Positions 12,581 through 24,855 of a stretch of 64,000 nt of DNA are shown in pieces (position 1 is the first letter of the stretch; every line of letters begins with the position of its first letter). The stretch lies in contig CM060734.1 in NCBI GenBank assembly GCA_030704615.1, positions 6,386,001 to 6,450,000 on the forward strand, in the 5' to 3' direction. The stretch comes from Takakia lepidozioides (lineage: Eukaryota > Plantae > Bryophyta). The position numbers and the translations under genes were made by a program. The notes beneath the pieces were generated by a model. It was given only the letters and a program-made list of their open reading frames with translations, had not been told where the DNA came from and searched no databases.

Positions 12581-14789
12581 CACACCATCGAGCATCTTCA
12601 TGCTGGTGGTTTTGGTGATGCACCAAGGATGACCGTCATGTTTCATATCCATATCTGTCAACATTCCGGACGCCCTCGAATAGTCCGTTCGAGGAGGGAA
12701 CTCAAAGAACATATTACCGTCGACGTCTGCGGGAAGGCATGTAACGGATTTAATGGCGAACTTGCTGTAGTCCAGCCCAGCCAGCTCCGAGCAGTGTCCC
12801 TCCATGTGAAGCCCTCGCAGAATTTCAAGAATGGATCGAACTGCTGTGTTCGTGCTGGGAATATGACTCCTTCGTCCGCTGATGTCCATTGAGGACTTGC
12901 CTAATCTCCAGGATGATCTCGGAACTTCCATGACCTCGTCGGAGTCGGACAGGTTGTGAACAACCCGGTTCTCGTTCGTCTTCATTGATGGGTTCGGCTC
13001 TGGATTTATTTCGTTGCGGACTTCTCTATTTGAGGTGCCCACTCTCTGATTCGCGGATTTTTCGTGGAAGGCGCCATGATAGAAGGCGCATTTGGCGGGC
13101 AAATGAAGTCCCCAACAGCCCTGTATATGACGTTGTCCGATGGTGGAACCCGCCATTCCCTGTCGTCGCCGAAATCATCGTGAAGCACAACAATACTTTC
13201 GACTACAACTCCGTTTGAATCCTTCCCTTCCTCCTCCAAAAAGACCGACCCCCGGTTTAAGGTGGTATCGAACGCAAAGATATTTCTCCATCACCCGGCA
13301 GATGTCCCCTCTACACGGAAATGTAGCTCTATGCTCGTGAGGAGGGCAGTACACTATAGCGCTCGGGTTTTCTGCCATGGGAGATATGCACACAAGAGTG
13401 CCAAGACGGCGATCGGACAAGCGCCCTGGGAGAAGGGGGATGCAGCGAGGGAAAGGAATGCACGGCCGATTTTTCCGAGCAACGAAGCCTATTCACGAAT
13501 CCGGGGAGCCCACTCTCCCAAAAATCCACTGTCAGAGAGTTAATGAACCTTGTCTGCGGAATGCGGCCCCTGGCCTTTGCGCAATAACTGCCAACGGTAT
13601 GCAGTCAGAAGGTATATGACCTTTGCACATGCGCTGCGCAAACCAATCATTACGGCGTCTGACAAGAAGCGTGGGGGGGCGAGCGTGCAAGCACCTTCCC
13701 CATGGACAGAGGGAATTGATAGAGGTGGCATTCCAGTGGGTCTGATTACAAGATTAAGTGCTAGACCCTCGTTGCCAAAAGTCAACATACAACAAAATGC
13801 AACATTGCGCAAAAAGTGGAACTTTGGTTCAAAGGAGGCATTTTTATTAATAATGAACTGTGACAAGTATGCATGCCCTCACAAGCCGAGGGAAGCCAAA
13901 AGTATGCATGCCATCCATGCTCAGGTAAGTTGGGAATTTTTTCCCGTGTTGCACTATCCTCACCAAGAAGCTGGAACCTCAATTGGCCTCTCAACAAGCT
14001 CATGACTGACAGGGTGTCGGTAGGTGAAGACAATGGATGCAGCCCGTTCACCTTTGGTGTAGTGGACAACGGTGTCATGTCCTCCGATATATGCACCATC
14101 GTAAATCAAGATCTTTGCTGTGGAGAGATTGTGTCCATAGGACTCATCCTCGTAGCTTATGAGAATGTACCCATACACTGTTTGGGATGGAATCCTCTCT
14201 GGCATGTACGTATACCCAATGCAATCCTTGTAGGCCCACTGGCAGTACCTCCAATGATGTAGTAAGGCCGTGCGGCTTTTGGGGATGTTCCATGCAGGCG
14301 GATACTGCAGATCAACGATTCGCAGGCACCAAAGCCGCGCAAGCCTGTCCCCGAGAGGCTGATCGTGGAAGCCAGGAATGTACTCAAGAGCGGACTAGTG
14401 CACCCTTTTCTACTGAGAGTGGTCTATCCAATCCTGCAGGTATATGAAAATATCCCCTGACTTGGGCGAGAAGTCCCACGGGGTGAGATGTTTGTTTGGG
14501 CAGTTGCTGGGATCCCGGCACGCCATCACCGACTATTGAAAGGGCTACCAGGAAGAAGACAGGGTGCACAGGGAGGGGGGAGTGTGGGGAAGCTGAAGTG
14601 AGAGGAGCTCGGAGCGAGGAAGTGTTGTTGTTGTCTCGGTTTGAAACGCGTGTGTCACGAGCGAAGGTCGGGCAAGTGGCAAAGAAAAGAGCAACATTTA
14701 ATATAACCGTACCCAGGAATGAGGGGCAACATTTAATTCGACATGGCGTCAAATCGGAGGGTGACGGCCCCACGTGCCTGCCAGAGAAC

Positions 14790-15120
14790 ATCACCCGGAT
14801 GGAAAAACGGCGCCGAATTTCCTGCCGAGGCCATTCAGATGAAGTCGTCTCGGGGGGAGAGGCGACACCAGGCCGACAGTAAATCAGCCTCCGGAAGGAA
14901 AAATGGCACCGAATTTCCATCCGAGGCCCGTTGGATGAAGTCGTCTCGGGGGGAGAGGCCGACACCTGGCCGACAAAGATCATCCCCCGCATGGAAAAAC
15001 GGCGCCGAATTTCCATCCGAGGCCCGTTGGATGAAGTCGTCTCGGGGGGAGAGGCCGACACCTGACCGACAGAGAACATCCCCCGGATGGAAAAACGGCT
15101 CCGAATTTCCATCCACAGAC
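14790..15120. repeat. Tandem array of about 96-bp units (about 3.3 copies) carrying the GGAAAAACGGCGCCGAATTTCC motif
   Basis: Unit starts at about 14801, 14898, 14993 and 15089. An inverted motif copy lies at about 15325-15352. Confidence 0.9.
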
Positions 15121-15899
15121 GCCCGTATCGGCCCTTCTTCAACAATTTATAGTCGTTGCATCAAGTTTTTCGCGTTTTTTTGACTGGTTACACACTAAAC
15201 TTAGAATTTTTTGCCTGCAGGATGGAAATTTGCTCCGAATTACCTGCAGGATGGACTTTTCCATCCGGCGTCTCGTGGATGAGGCGGAGGGAGGGCCACG
15301 TTGCGTCCTACTTCATCCGCTGGATGGAAATTCGGCGCCGTTTTTTCCATCCAGCGGGCGACTGATGAAGTCTCGGGGGGAGGGTGGGCCTGTCGGCGCC
15401 TGTGGCCGACCTCCATACCTACGACATTTAACGACGCAGTTGCACATTAAATGTTCTCCGCCGTCGGTTTTGAACCGGATGTTCTACAAGGATTCCGCGC
15501 TTGCTTCCCGGATACGCCTTCGACACCTGATGTGACGCTTGGATGAAGTTCCATTCGAGGCATGTACGCACGCATACCTCGGGAGATTTTTTCTTTTGCT
15601 GGGACTTATGCCGCGTGGAGAAGGGCGTGGCTCTCCTGAGAGAAACCCCACACCCAGACCGCGGCGGAAGCTGAAGGCTTTGTACTACGGGTGGCGTCCA
15701 ACCTCTCGCATGGCCAAACTGAAGCTCCAGCAGGAGATCCCATTGTCTTGCCTCACAGCCCGCGCCAACTGAAGCCGAGCACTCTCAAGCAAAGCCCTTC
15801 CTCTTTCGCTTTGTGTAACATGTGCGGTCTTCCTCGCTTTTTGTTTGTTTGTTTTGGCATCTTCAGCTTGGCAGCCCTGGAAGTGCATGGTTGCATCAC

Positions 15900-16132
15900 A
15901 AAAGCACGAGTTGGTGAGATGAATGATCAAGGTCAAAGGGGTTAGAAATGAGCCAGGACGTTGCAAAAGCAGGAGTTGGTGAGAAGAATGATGAAGGTCA
16001 GAGGGGTTAGAGCCACGTCGTTGCTGCATTGAGATTTGCAACAGGGTGCACACCTTCGCTGTAGATGACAGGTTGCATCCCAGAATTAAGGAAATCCATG
16101 CTGAGCTGAGAAGATTGTCTGGGCAGACGAAG
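15900..16132 (+). pseudogene. Captured PLS-class PPR E/E+ domain fragment with a roughly 65-bp internal duplication
   Basis: Manual translation: RRMMKVRGVR..EP...CIEICNRVHTFAVDDRLHPRIKEIHAELRRLSGQ, matching the E+ consensus MK.RGV.KEPG.SWIE...VH.F...D..HP...EIYA.L..L. Confidence 0.8.
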
Positions 16133-17927
16133 TGCCTTCAAAACATTTCACCCTCTTTTCCCGTCTTATCGAAATCGTTCTTAAATTTTCATGTTGATTT
16201 CAGCAAGTTACTGGTTGAGTGAACCTTAGATAGTTTGCAATGCGTGTGCAAAGCCGGCAGCTCTGGAAAAGGCTACTTTTGCATGTGATTCTTAGGGATT
16301 GCTTGTGTTTGTTTTCATTGTTGTTCCATGCCACTCCATACTTGGTTTTGTTTTGTTTTCATTGTTGTTCCACGATTGGTTGCGATGCTCGTTGCGATGG
16401 TGGTTTTCATTGCGATGTTGGTTCTCACGATTGTTGGGGATGACAGAGTGACGACGAGCCCGACACGCTGGTGGTATCATCGACAGCTCCAACTGCTCGA
16501 GCAGTCACTCCAAAAGCCGCTACTCATCGCATGTTTGGATCGCCCAACTTGGGGTGGGAGGGAAAACTAAATCCTTTTGTTGGTGGACGAGAGGACCTGC
16601 AGCGAGAGTACGACAGAATAGGCATTGGGGAGGTTGGTGCAGGCGGCATGGCAGGTGAAGGGCGTCGGATGAGGACAGCAGATCCGGCAATGGAGGAAGT
16701 TGATGCACATGCAGTAGGGCCCGCCCACACAAAGAAGAAGAAGAAGAAGAAAGCCAAGCACATGCAATCCCCGGCGAGAGAGCCGTCACGGGCTGCGGAG
16801 GGGGGAGTGAGCAGGGCGCGCGAGGGTGTCAGTTCGCCTCAATCAAAGGTGGTCGTCTTGGAGGCCTCCCCTGCTGCTACCCCTAGTAAGAAACAGAAGG
16901 CTGTTGTTGTGGGTTGCCTCCAACATCTTGGCAGCGGCCAACTTCATATCCGCCTCCGACATGACGTCTGTTGCAAGGGGGTTCTCCGGCAGCCCACCCG
17001 GACCGCCAAATCCAGCCTGTATGCTCCGGGTTTGGGGCCTGGGGATGTCCGGGAGGATGTCATCCTGGTCAGAAAGCTCCCTCTTGTCGTCCTCAACATG
17101 GTCAACCACCACCGGAACCACCTCGAGCACTCTCCCCGTCTCTACTGCCCTCTCCCCGGCTTCACCTCGACCTTCCACAATCCGTGCTCTTTGTGGTGTT
17201 CTTTCCCCTCCTCCAGTCTCCACCGTATGGGTAATTTGGTGGGCTGCTCCCACCCGCTATGGTGTAACCGGTGTGTACTGCCTGTTTGTGGTGTCTTGGA
17301 GGGATCCATCGTCTCTGTGCGTCCCTTGTTTACATGGGCATCTGTCATTTCGACAACCCTGGCCTCTTCAGTGGCCTTTTCTCTTGCCTCCTGGCTAGCC
17401 TTCTGTCTCGCGTTCTTTTGCCCTCTCTTTTGCCCTACTTGCAATCTTGTAAAGGCATCACATTTGCAGAACACTGACAATGTATTGGTAGCAAATCGGA
17501 GTCTTCTCATAAAGGTGGACGAAAACGCCAGGATGGGCTGCAAAATCACCACAAATTGAATGAAGAGCAGTAACAAGGAAGCACTATGCAGTATATAGAC
17601 CAATAACGGCGCTGAAATAGGCCACAATGCCCATGTATCTCCACACAATGTATGCTTTCCTCGGATCCGTTAATAGACATAACCAAAATAAAAAAAGCAT
17701 GCCCATGCCATTCACGGCCAAAAATCACATTCTCATGTATTGCGGCCCCGAAATGCACCTGGAGCCATGGCGGTGCGGCACCATGTGGTGTATAATTCCT
17801 CACAAAAAAAATAGGGTGCAAGAAGATGAATGTAATATAATTGCCACTGTCTCCTTCCCAAATGTCAAGCAGTCCGACCTGTATCCTGCCGTAGGGCCTT
17901 GTGCAGCTTGTTGAAGCTCAGTGTTGG

Positions 17928-18650
17928 TGTCGCGGCCCTTTGCCTTGAGGGCAGGGGGTCGGGACACATGAGGGGCTGCCCCTGTGTGGGGGCAGCGGCA
18001 GCGATAGGTATGGGGGGCTGAAGCACCCTTGAGTGCCCAAGGCACTCAGGGAAGCGGAGGCGCTCACTAGGTGGAGCCCCGCCACCCGGTTGCGGTGGGG
18101 GTGGCTCCACAAGGGGTGGTGGTAGCTTAGTGGGACTTAGTGGGGGTGGCATAGGACTCACCATGGGGCGGAGACCTCGTGGTGGGAGTCGTGGGGAGTC
18201 TTGGGACTCATCACGGTCCATAGGGGCCGTGGTGAGCGGGCCAAGACTCACCGCGACTCACCACCGGGAATCGAGGGTCTTCGTGGTGGTTCGCCATAAA
18301 ATGGCATGGCTGGTTGTGAAAACCCCCGTGGACAGCTACAGAAGTATATATAAGGGAGTAGTAGTAACCCGAGAACGGTGCAAGCCCGTTGGTGACCAAA
18401 GCTAGTGAGTAAGCGAGCGAGCCGGAAAGCGACCAAAGAGTGGGGAGCTGTTCCGGACTGCCATCTACCAAAGGGAATTCTCCTAGTCCCAATTAGGTGG
18501 AGGGTTTAGGGAAGCGAAAGGGGACCGTTATGTCCCGGTGAGCAGCCGAAGCTCCAAGTTGGCCCGGGCGGCCAGGTTGGGAGTCAGGCGCGCGCATCAA
18601 AGCGAGTAACTATGACTTGAAGGGGAGTTACCGAAGTGGGGTGCGCGACA
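17928..18650 (+). repeat. 5' LTR
   Basis: Near-identical to 24138-24855; followed by the PBS. Confidence 0.95.
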
Positions 18651-18652
18651 CT

Positions 18653-18664
18653 TGGTATCAGAGC
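18653..18664 (+). promoter_or_regulatory. Primer-binding site (initiator tRNA-Met)
   Basis: TGGTATCAGAGC 2 nt after the LTR end. Confidence 0.95.
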
Positions 18665-18899
18665 TTAGAGTTCAGTATGCGATCGTCCTTGGGATTGGCC
18701 TCATCATGGGGTCGGGCAAGCCGAAGCGAAAGCGGAACGGCCAAAAGATGATGATCCGGTGAGCCCGATGGGGGCGGCGTGTCACCGAGGCGGCCGTTTG
18801 AGGAAGCGATGCATGTTTCCGAAAACGAGGCCGCCCAGAGCGGGAGGAATCCGAGGAGTCGGAGCCCGAGGAATCTTGAGAGCTCCGACAAACCAAGAG

Positions 18900-21800
18900 A
18901 TGCCTCCCATGTCGGCAGCCTTTTGGGAAGGGTTGTTGGCGCAGTTTGGCGGGACGTTGAAAGACGTGTTGAAGGCGGCTAATGCCACTTCCACTAAGGC
19001 AAAGTTTAAGGTGAAGCCTAAGGAACCCGGCACCTTCGAGGGCGTCGAAATCGGAAGGCACTCAACACTGGCTCTTGGAGCTAGAGCAGTACTTCCGGGC
19101 GGCCAAGTTGAGTGACGAGGATCGGGTGGAAGTGGCTCCCACCTATTTGAGGGCTATGCTCAACAATGGTGGCAGAAACGCCTTCACGACCGAGGTCCAA
19201 GTCCGGAAACCTTGAACTGGAGTGGGTTCAAGGAATTGTTGAAGAGACGGTTTGTGCCCCTCAACGCGTCCTGGCTTGCCCGGGACAAGATGAGGAATTT
19301 GAAGCAAACAGAGACATTCGGGGGTATGTCCAGGCTTTCAATGTGCTGTTGCTCGAAGTCGCGGACATGGCAGAACCAGAAATGGTCTTCAACTTTGTGG
19401 CGGGACTGGGCCCATGGGCCAGGCGGAAGTTGGAGGAGAAGCCACCAAGACTTTGAACGAGGCAATTGAGAGGGCTGAACGTTTCTCGGATGTCCCTAGG
19501 GGTGAAAGACAAGGCCGTACGGAGCTGAACCACAAGAAGATTTGGCGGGAAGGTGACTCCTTCGACCGGAAAAGAAGTGGGATAGGCCACGCGGCGAAAA
19601 TGGCACGTGGAAATCAAAGGGAGGGCCTTCACACGTCAAGGCGGCACCGGTGCTTCGAAAGGAAAAGCGGGTGGAGCGGCTTATGGCGGACAGAAGGCGA
19701 CCTTTGATGGAGTGTGTTTCAATTGCGGGGAGCCCGGGCACATGGCCAAGAAGTGCACGAAGCCCCGACAATTGAACATGACTCGGGCGACCACGGAGCT
19801 GTCGGAAGATACCATCAGTCGCTTGGTGGAAGCGGTGGTCGCCAGGACTTGCAAGGTAGGCAAATTTTCTTGTGAGTTGTATCAGGAAACTGGCCTTACG
19901 AAAAGGGAGTCAGTTATTGTTCATGGATGGGATAATATCCGGAACTAATGTGTCGTGTTGGGGACACAGGAGCGTCGCACTCCTTCATGACACCGGCAAC
20001 GGCACAAAAGCTGGGACTCCCGACAAGTGACGTTGGGGCCTCTATTGAGGTGCGTTCTGCCAAAGGAGAACCACAGTTGGCGACAAGGTTGGCGATTGAT
20101 GTTCCTCTTCAACTGGGGAGTTGGAGGGACGTGAGAACTTCACCATCTGCGAGATCGATGGAGTGGATCTCATTTTGGGATGACCTTTTTGAGCAAATCC
20201 GGAGCGGTCATAGATGGCCGCAAGAGAGTAGTCACACTGCCATGGTGAATGGTGGCGAGGTTTTACGAGTGTTGAAACGCCCAAATCCGGGAGGGCGAAT
20301 AAACTTTCTATCAGCAAAGGAGTGGGCCGTGGAGGAGCCACACGAGCCCCAGTTTTGCTTTACATTAGAGAAGTGAAAGGAGAAGGCGATGGGGAACCGA
20401 GCCCAGATTGGATCAAGGGGATTTTGGAGAAATACCAGGATGTGATGCCGGAGGATTTACCAAGCGGCTTGCCACCGCGAAGAGGAGTTGACCACAAGAT
20501 TGAGGTGATACCGGGATCGGAACCGCCTGCCAAGGCGCCCTACCGGTTGAGCCACAGAGAGTTGGTCGAGCTGAAGACTCAGCTCAAGGATCTAATGTCA
20601 AAGGGGTACATCCGGCCGAGTAAGTCACCTTACGGAGCCCCGGTGCTATTCGCAGACAAGAAGGATGGGTGCGGATGTGTGTCGATTACAGGGCTCTGAA
20701 TAAGTGACTATCAAAAAAACGTACCCTTTGCCAAGGATGACGACCTCTTCGATCGGTTGGCAGGAGCGAAAGTATTTCAGCCGGATCGACTTGCGCTCCG
20801 GCTATCACCAAATTCGGGTGGCGGAAGGAGATGAGGAGAAGACCGCGTGCAGGACAAGGTATGGTTCATATGAGTTCTTGGTGATGCCTTTTGGGCTCAC
20901 CAATGCACCAGCGACATTTAGCACGCTGATGAACAGCCTTTTCCAGGAGTGGTTGGATGACTTTGTGATCGTGTACATCGACGACATCTTGGTGTACTCG
21001 AAAACAAAGGAGGAGCACCTGGAGCACCTCAAAAGGGTGTTCCAAAAATTGCGAGAAGGGAAGCTGTATGCCAAAGCTTCAAAGTGCGAATTCGGGGTCA
21101 CAAAAGTGGAGTTCTTGGGGCATGTGATTACACAGGATGGGATCAAAATGGATGACAGAAAGGTGAGGGCGATCTTGGACTGGGAGCCTCCGACTTCGGT
21201 CCCGGGAGTGCGATCCTTCCTAGGACTCGCCTCCTATTACCGGAAGTATGTGAGAAATTTCGCCAAGATCGCGGGGCCGCTGTCAGACCTTCTGTGTAAA
21301 TCCAAAGTCTGGGCATGGAACACTTTTGTGGCCAAGCTTTTGCTGAATTGAAGCAGCGGATGGCGGAAGCTCCAGTCTTGAAAATCCCGGAGTTCGATCG
21401 TCCATTTGAGATTCATACAGATGCGTCGGACTTCGCGATTGGGGTGTACTTATGCAAGATGGACGTCCAGTGGCTTACGAAAGTAAGAAACTGAATGAAG
21501 TGGAGCGACGGTGGCCGACGCACGAAAAGAGATGAAGGCGGTGGTGCATTGCCTTGAGCTTTGGCGCCACTATGTTGGTTCCAACCCAGTGAAGGTGTTC
21601 ACGGACAATGTCACGGTGAAGTATTTTGCCACGCAGCCCAAGTTGTCCCCAAAACAACTTAGGTGGCAAGATACTTTGGCAGTGTTCGACGTGGATATCC
21701 AGTACAAACCGGGACGGGACAATGTGGTGGCCGATGCTTTAAGTAGAAAGCAGCAGCTCTTGTTGGTGTACAAGGGCGAGACGGCGCTCCAAAGGAAGAT

Positions 21801-23230
21801 CCGGAAGGCTTGCCGGAAGGATGAGCTGGCGAAGTCCGTGATGCAGGACTTGAGGATGGGGGTTAAATCGCAGTTCCACTTGCAAAATGGACTGCTCCGG
21901 TATAAGCAAAAGCGTCTCTACGTGCCGAAGGGAGGGATCAGGATAGTCTCTTGAGAGAATGCCATGATAGCCCGCTTGCGGGCCACGGCGGAGCCAAGCG
22001 CACTGCGGCACTCTTGAAGAAAGAGTATTTCTGGCCCAAACTGAGGGAGGAGGCAGAGGAGTATGTCAAGACATGCACCACATGCCAACAAAACCGGAGC
22101 GAGTACAAAAAGCAAGCGGGGCTGTTACAACCCTTGCCGATTCCAGAGGGGACTTGGGAAAGCGTCTCGATGGATTTCATGACTGCTATGCCGCTGTCAA
22201 AAGGATTCGATGCAATCATGGTGGTGGTAGATAGGTTCAGTAAAATGGGCCATTTCATCCACCAAGGAGACGGCAACGGCGCAGGAGACAGGGCGACTTT
22301 ACTTCGCCCACGTCTTAAAGCATCATGGAGTCCCCGAAGGATATTGTCTCGGACCGCGATCCAAAGTTTACGAGTAAATTCTGGAGAGCACTTTGGAAGA
22401 AGATGGGGACGAGGCTGAAGATGAGCACCGCCTTCCGACCTACGACGGACGGCCAAACGGAAAGAGTGAATTCCGTAGTGAAGCAATTCTTGCGGAATTA
22501 CGTGTCGGCAGACCAATCAGACTGGATGGAACACTTAGACGCGGCAGAGTTCTGTTATAATAACACAGAACACTCCGCAACGGGAGTTTCCCCTTTCGTA
22601 TTGGTCTATGGAAAAGCACCTCTGGTGCCGACAAGTGGGCCGCCCAGGACGTTTGAGGGGCAGTAGCGGCGGTACTGGAAGAACGCGAGCGTTTGTTGAA
22701 GCTCGCAAAGTACAACATTGCCAAAGCTAGGAAACGGTATGAAAGGCAGGCGAATCGGAAGCGGAGGGAAGTGAAGTTTGAGGCAGGCACGGAGGTCTGG
22801 TTGAACATCAAGAATTTCCGACTACCTCCGGAAGTGAGTCCGAAGTTCGTACCTCCGTATGCGGGACCCTTTCGCATTCGGAAGGTTATGAATGAGGATG
22901 TGTATGAATTGGAGCTGCCGGCAAACAGCAAGGTGCACCCAGTATTCCATGTCTCCCTTTTGAAGCCTTACTTCAAAGATGAAGCGCGTCCGAATCGGCA
23001 TCAAGTGTTGCGTCCGCCACCTATGCTGTTGGATCATGAAAATGAACCTGAGTACGAGGTGGAGGAGGCAATACTTAAGTCGAGGAGGTTCAGAACCGAG
23101 AAACGGAGTATCTCGTCAAATGGAAGGGCTATCATCATGTGGAGGCATCTTGGGTGCGTGCCTCAGAAATGGGAAACGCATCCGAGGCGGTTGCAGCTTT
23201 CGAAGGGCGACCTCAAAAGCGGAAGAAGCG
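18900..23230 (+). pseudogene. gag-pol (frameshifted): gag, CCHC knuckle, protease, RT, RNase H, integrase, chromodomain
   Basis: CFNCGEPGHMAKKC; DTGASHSF; IDLRSGYHQIR...YIDDIL; HTDASDFAIG...DNVVADALSR; H2C2 HDSPLAGH...CTTCQ; SDRDPKF; TDGQTERVN; GPF; EYEVE...YLVKWKGY...SW at about 23047-23205. Confidence 0.95.
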
Positions 23231-24137
23231 TTGATGGGGACATCAACCTTGGAGCGTGGGGGAGGAAATGCATGCTTAGCCCGGTTTAGCTAGCTCAGGA
23301 ATCCGATTGCAAAAACTTGTATTGTACAAAAATTTGTTATATAAAGGAAATGGGTTCCAAATGTGCGTCCTATTGTGTTTGGAATGGTGATGCATGGTGT
23401 GGTTGGCTAGTGTGTAGAATGCATGCTAGCTTACAAAAGTGGGAGAGGTAAATTGGGTTAATCGTGTGTTTGCGCAGTGCCGAAATCGGGTGACTCCCAT
23501 CCAAGGGGCAAGGAAACTTGCGCCTTCTTTGGGAGTTCACGTGCTAGTGCGCACCTGGCGCGTGCGCGTACTATAACTGCGCTACCGAGGGGGTTGCCTT
23601 GTAGTGCGGGCTAACGCGGAAGCTACGTGCTTCCGTTCACGTACTATAATCGTGTAGCCTCGGGACGAAGTCGTAGTGCGGCTTCGGCGTGTTCCCGTAC
23701 CTCAGGCCAGCATTCCAAGGCGGACCCAATTGTAGTGATTGGGGCGCACGGTTGGTTCAAGGTTATCTTCCTAGTCAAAGAGGGTTCCAGGTGAACCCTT
23801 GCTCAAGGTGATGCCAAAAGCGGCATCATGAGCGATCGCAAGCAATGTTGTTGCAGTAAGGCGATTCGATCCTCGGGGAGGATCGTTCCTTGGCCTTGAA
23901 GTAGGCCAAGAAGAGTGCACTGGGAGGAGCTGGAGAGGCTCCACCCTTGGCCGGGACTTGGAGGAAGTCGGCCGAACTAGCTAGTGGAGAGTAGAGTCAA
24001 GTGTGGGGTTTGGTTCTTTGCCATGGGACGCCATGGTAGAAACAAACTCCTTGATGTGGGACGCCACAACTTGGATGTTCGTTTCTACAAAATGGACAAG
24101 TCGATGAGGACATCGACTCCCTGTTGGTAGGGGTGTG

Positions 24138-24855
24138 TGTCGCGGCCCTTTGCCTTGAGGGCAGGGGGTCGGGACACATGAGGGGCTGCCCCTGTGGTGG
24201 GGGCAGCGGCAGCGATAGGTATGGGGGGCTGAGCACCCTTGAGTGCCAAGGCACTCAGGGAAGCGGAGGCGCTCACTAGGTGGAGCCCCGCACACCGGGT
24301 TGCGGTGGGGGTGGCTCCACAAGGGTGGTGGTAGCTTAGTGGGACTTAGTGGGGGTGGCATAGGACTCACCATGGGGGCGGAGACCTCGTGGTGGGAGTC
24401 GTGGGGAGTCTTGGGACTCATCACGGTCCATAGGGGCCGTGGTGAGCGGGCCAAGACTCACCGCGACTCACCACCGGGGTCGAGGGTTCGTGGTGGTTCG
24501 CCATAAAATGGCATGGCTGGTTTGAAACCCCGCGGACAGCTACAGAAGTATATAAGGGAGTAGTAACCCCGAGAACGGTGCAAGCCCGTTGGTGACCAAA
24601 AACTAGTGAGTAAGCGAGCGAGCCGGAAAGCGACCAAAGAGTGGGGAGCTGTTCCGGACTGCCATCTACCAAAGGGAATTCTCCTAGTCCCAATTAGGTG
24701 GAGGGTTTTAGAGGGAAGCGAAAGGGGACCGTTATGTCCCGGTGAGCAGCCGAAGCTCCAAGTTGGCCCGGGCGGCCAGGTTGGGAGTCAGCCGCGCGCA
24801 TCAAAGCGAGTAACTATGACTTGAAGGGGAGTTTACCGAAGTGGGTTGCGCGACA
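24138..24855 (+). repeat. 3' LTR
   Basis: Preceded by the purine-rich tract ggtaggggtgtg; ends cgaca followed by the TSD. Confidence 0.95.

Larger units (their letters stand above)
6542..13378 (-). pseudogene. MULE-family DDE transposase 1 with C-terminal SWIM finger; frameshifted and split by a solo LTR
   Basis: HDGHPWC, Cys/His region, MFDHIKR (D1), FMADNAQANW (D2), ERSCGFHF (CxxH), intron at about 7965-8037, ITNMAESVH (E), SWIM CNCTDF...CKHLYY. Reading continues from 12581 to 9328 across the insertion. Confidence 0.88.
4980..15150 (-). mobile_element. MULE-like element 1 (boundaries uncertain)
   Basis: Abrupt change at about 4980 to TGAGC-motif terminal-like sequence. Subterminal motif cluster 5200-5530, transposase 6542-13378, related tandem array 14790-15120. 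No matching TSD found. Confidence 0.5.
17928..24855 (+). mobile_element. Full-length Ty3/Gypsy chromovirus-type LTR retrotransposon
   Basis: LTRs 17928-18650 and 24138-24855 (TG...CA), TSD GTTGG at 17923-17927 and 24856-24860, Met-type PBS, G-rich PPT, domain order gag-PR-RT-RH-INT-chromo. Confidence 0.97.

Noticed and set aside
14384-15183. ORFs of 93-253 aa with repeated peptides
   Set aside because: By-products of the GC-rich 96-bp tandem array.
16471-17559. 362-aa plus-strand ORF as a real gene
   Set aside because: Low complexity, no domain, and the second half reads as antisense of minus-strand ORF pieces.
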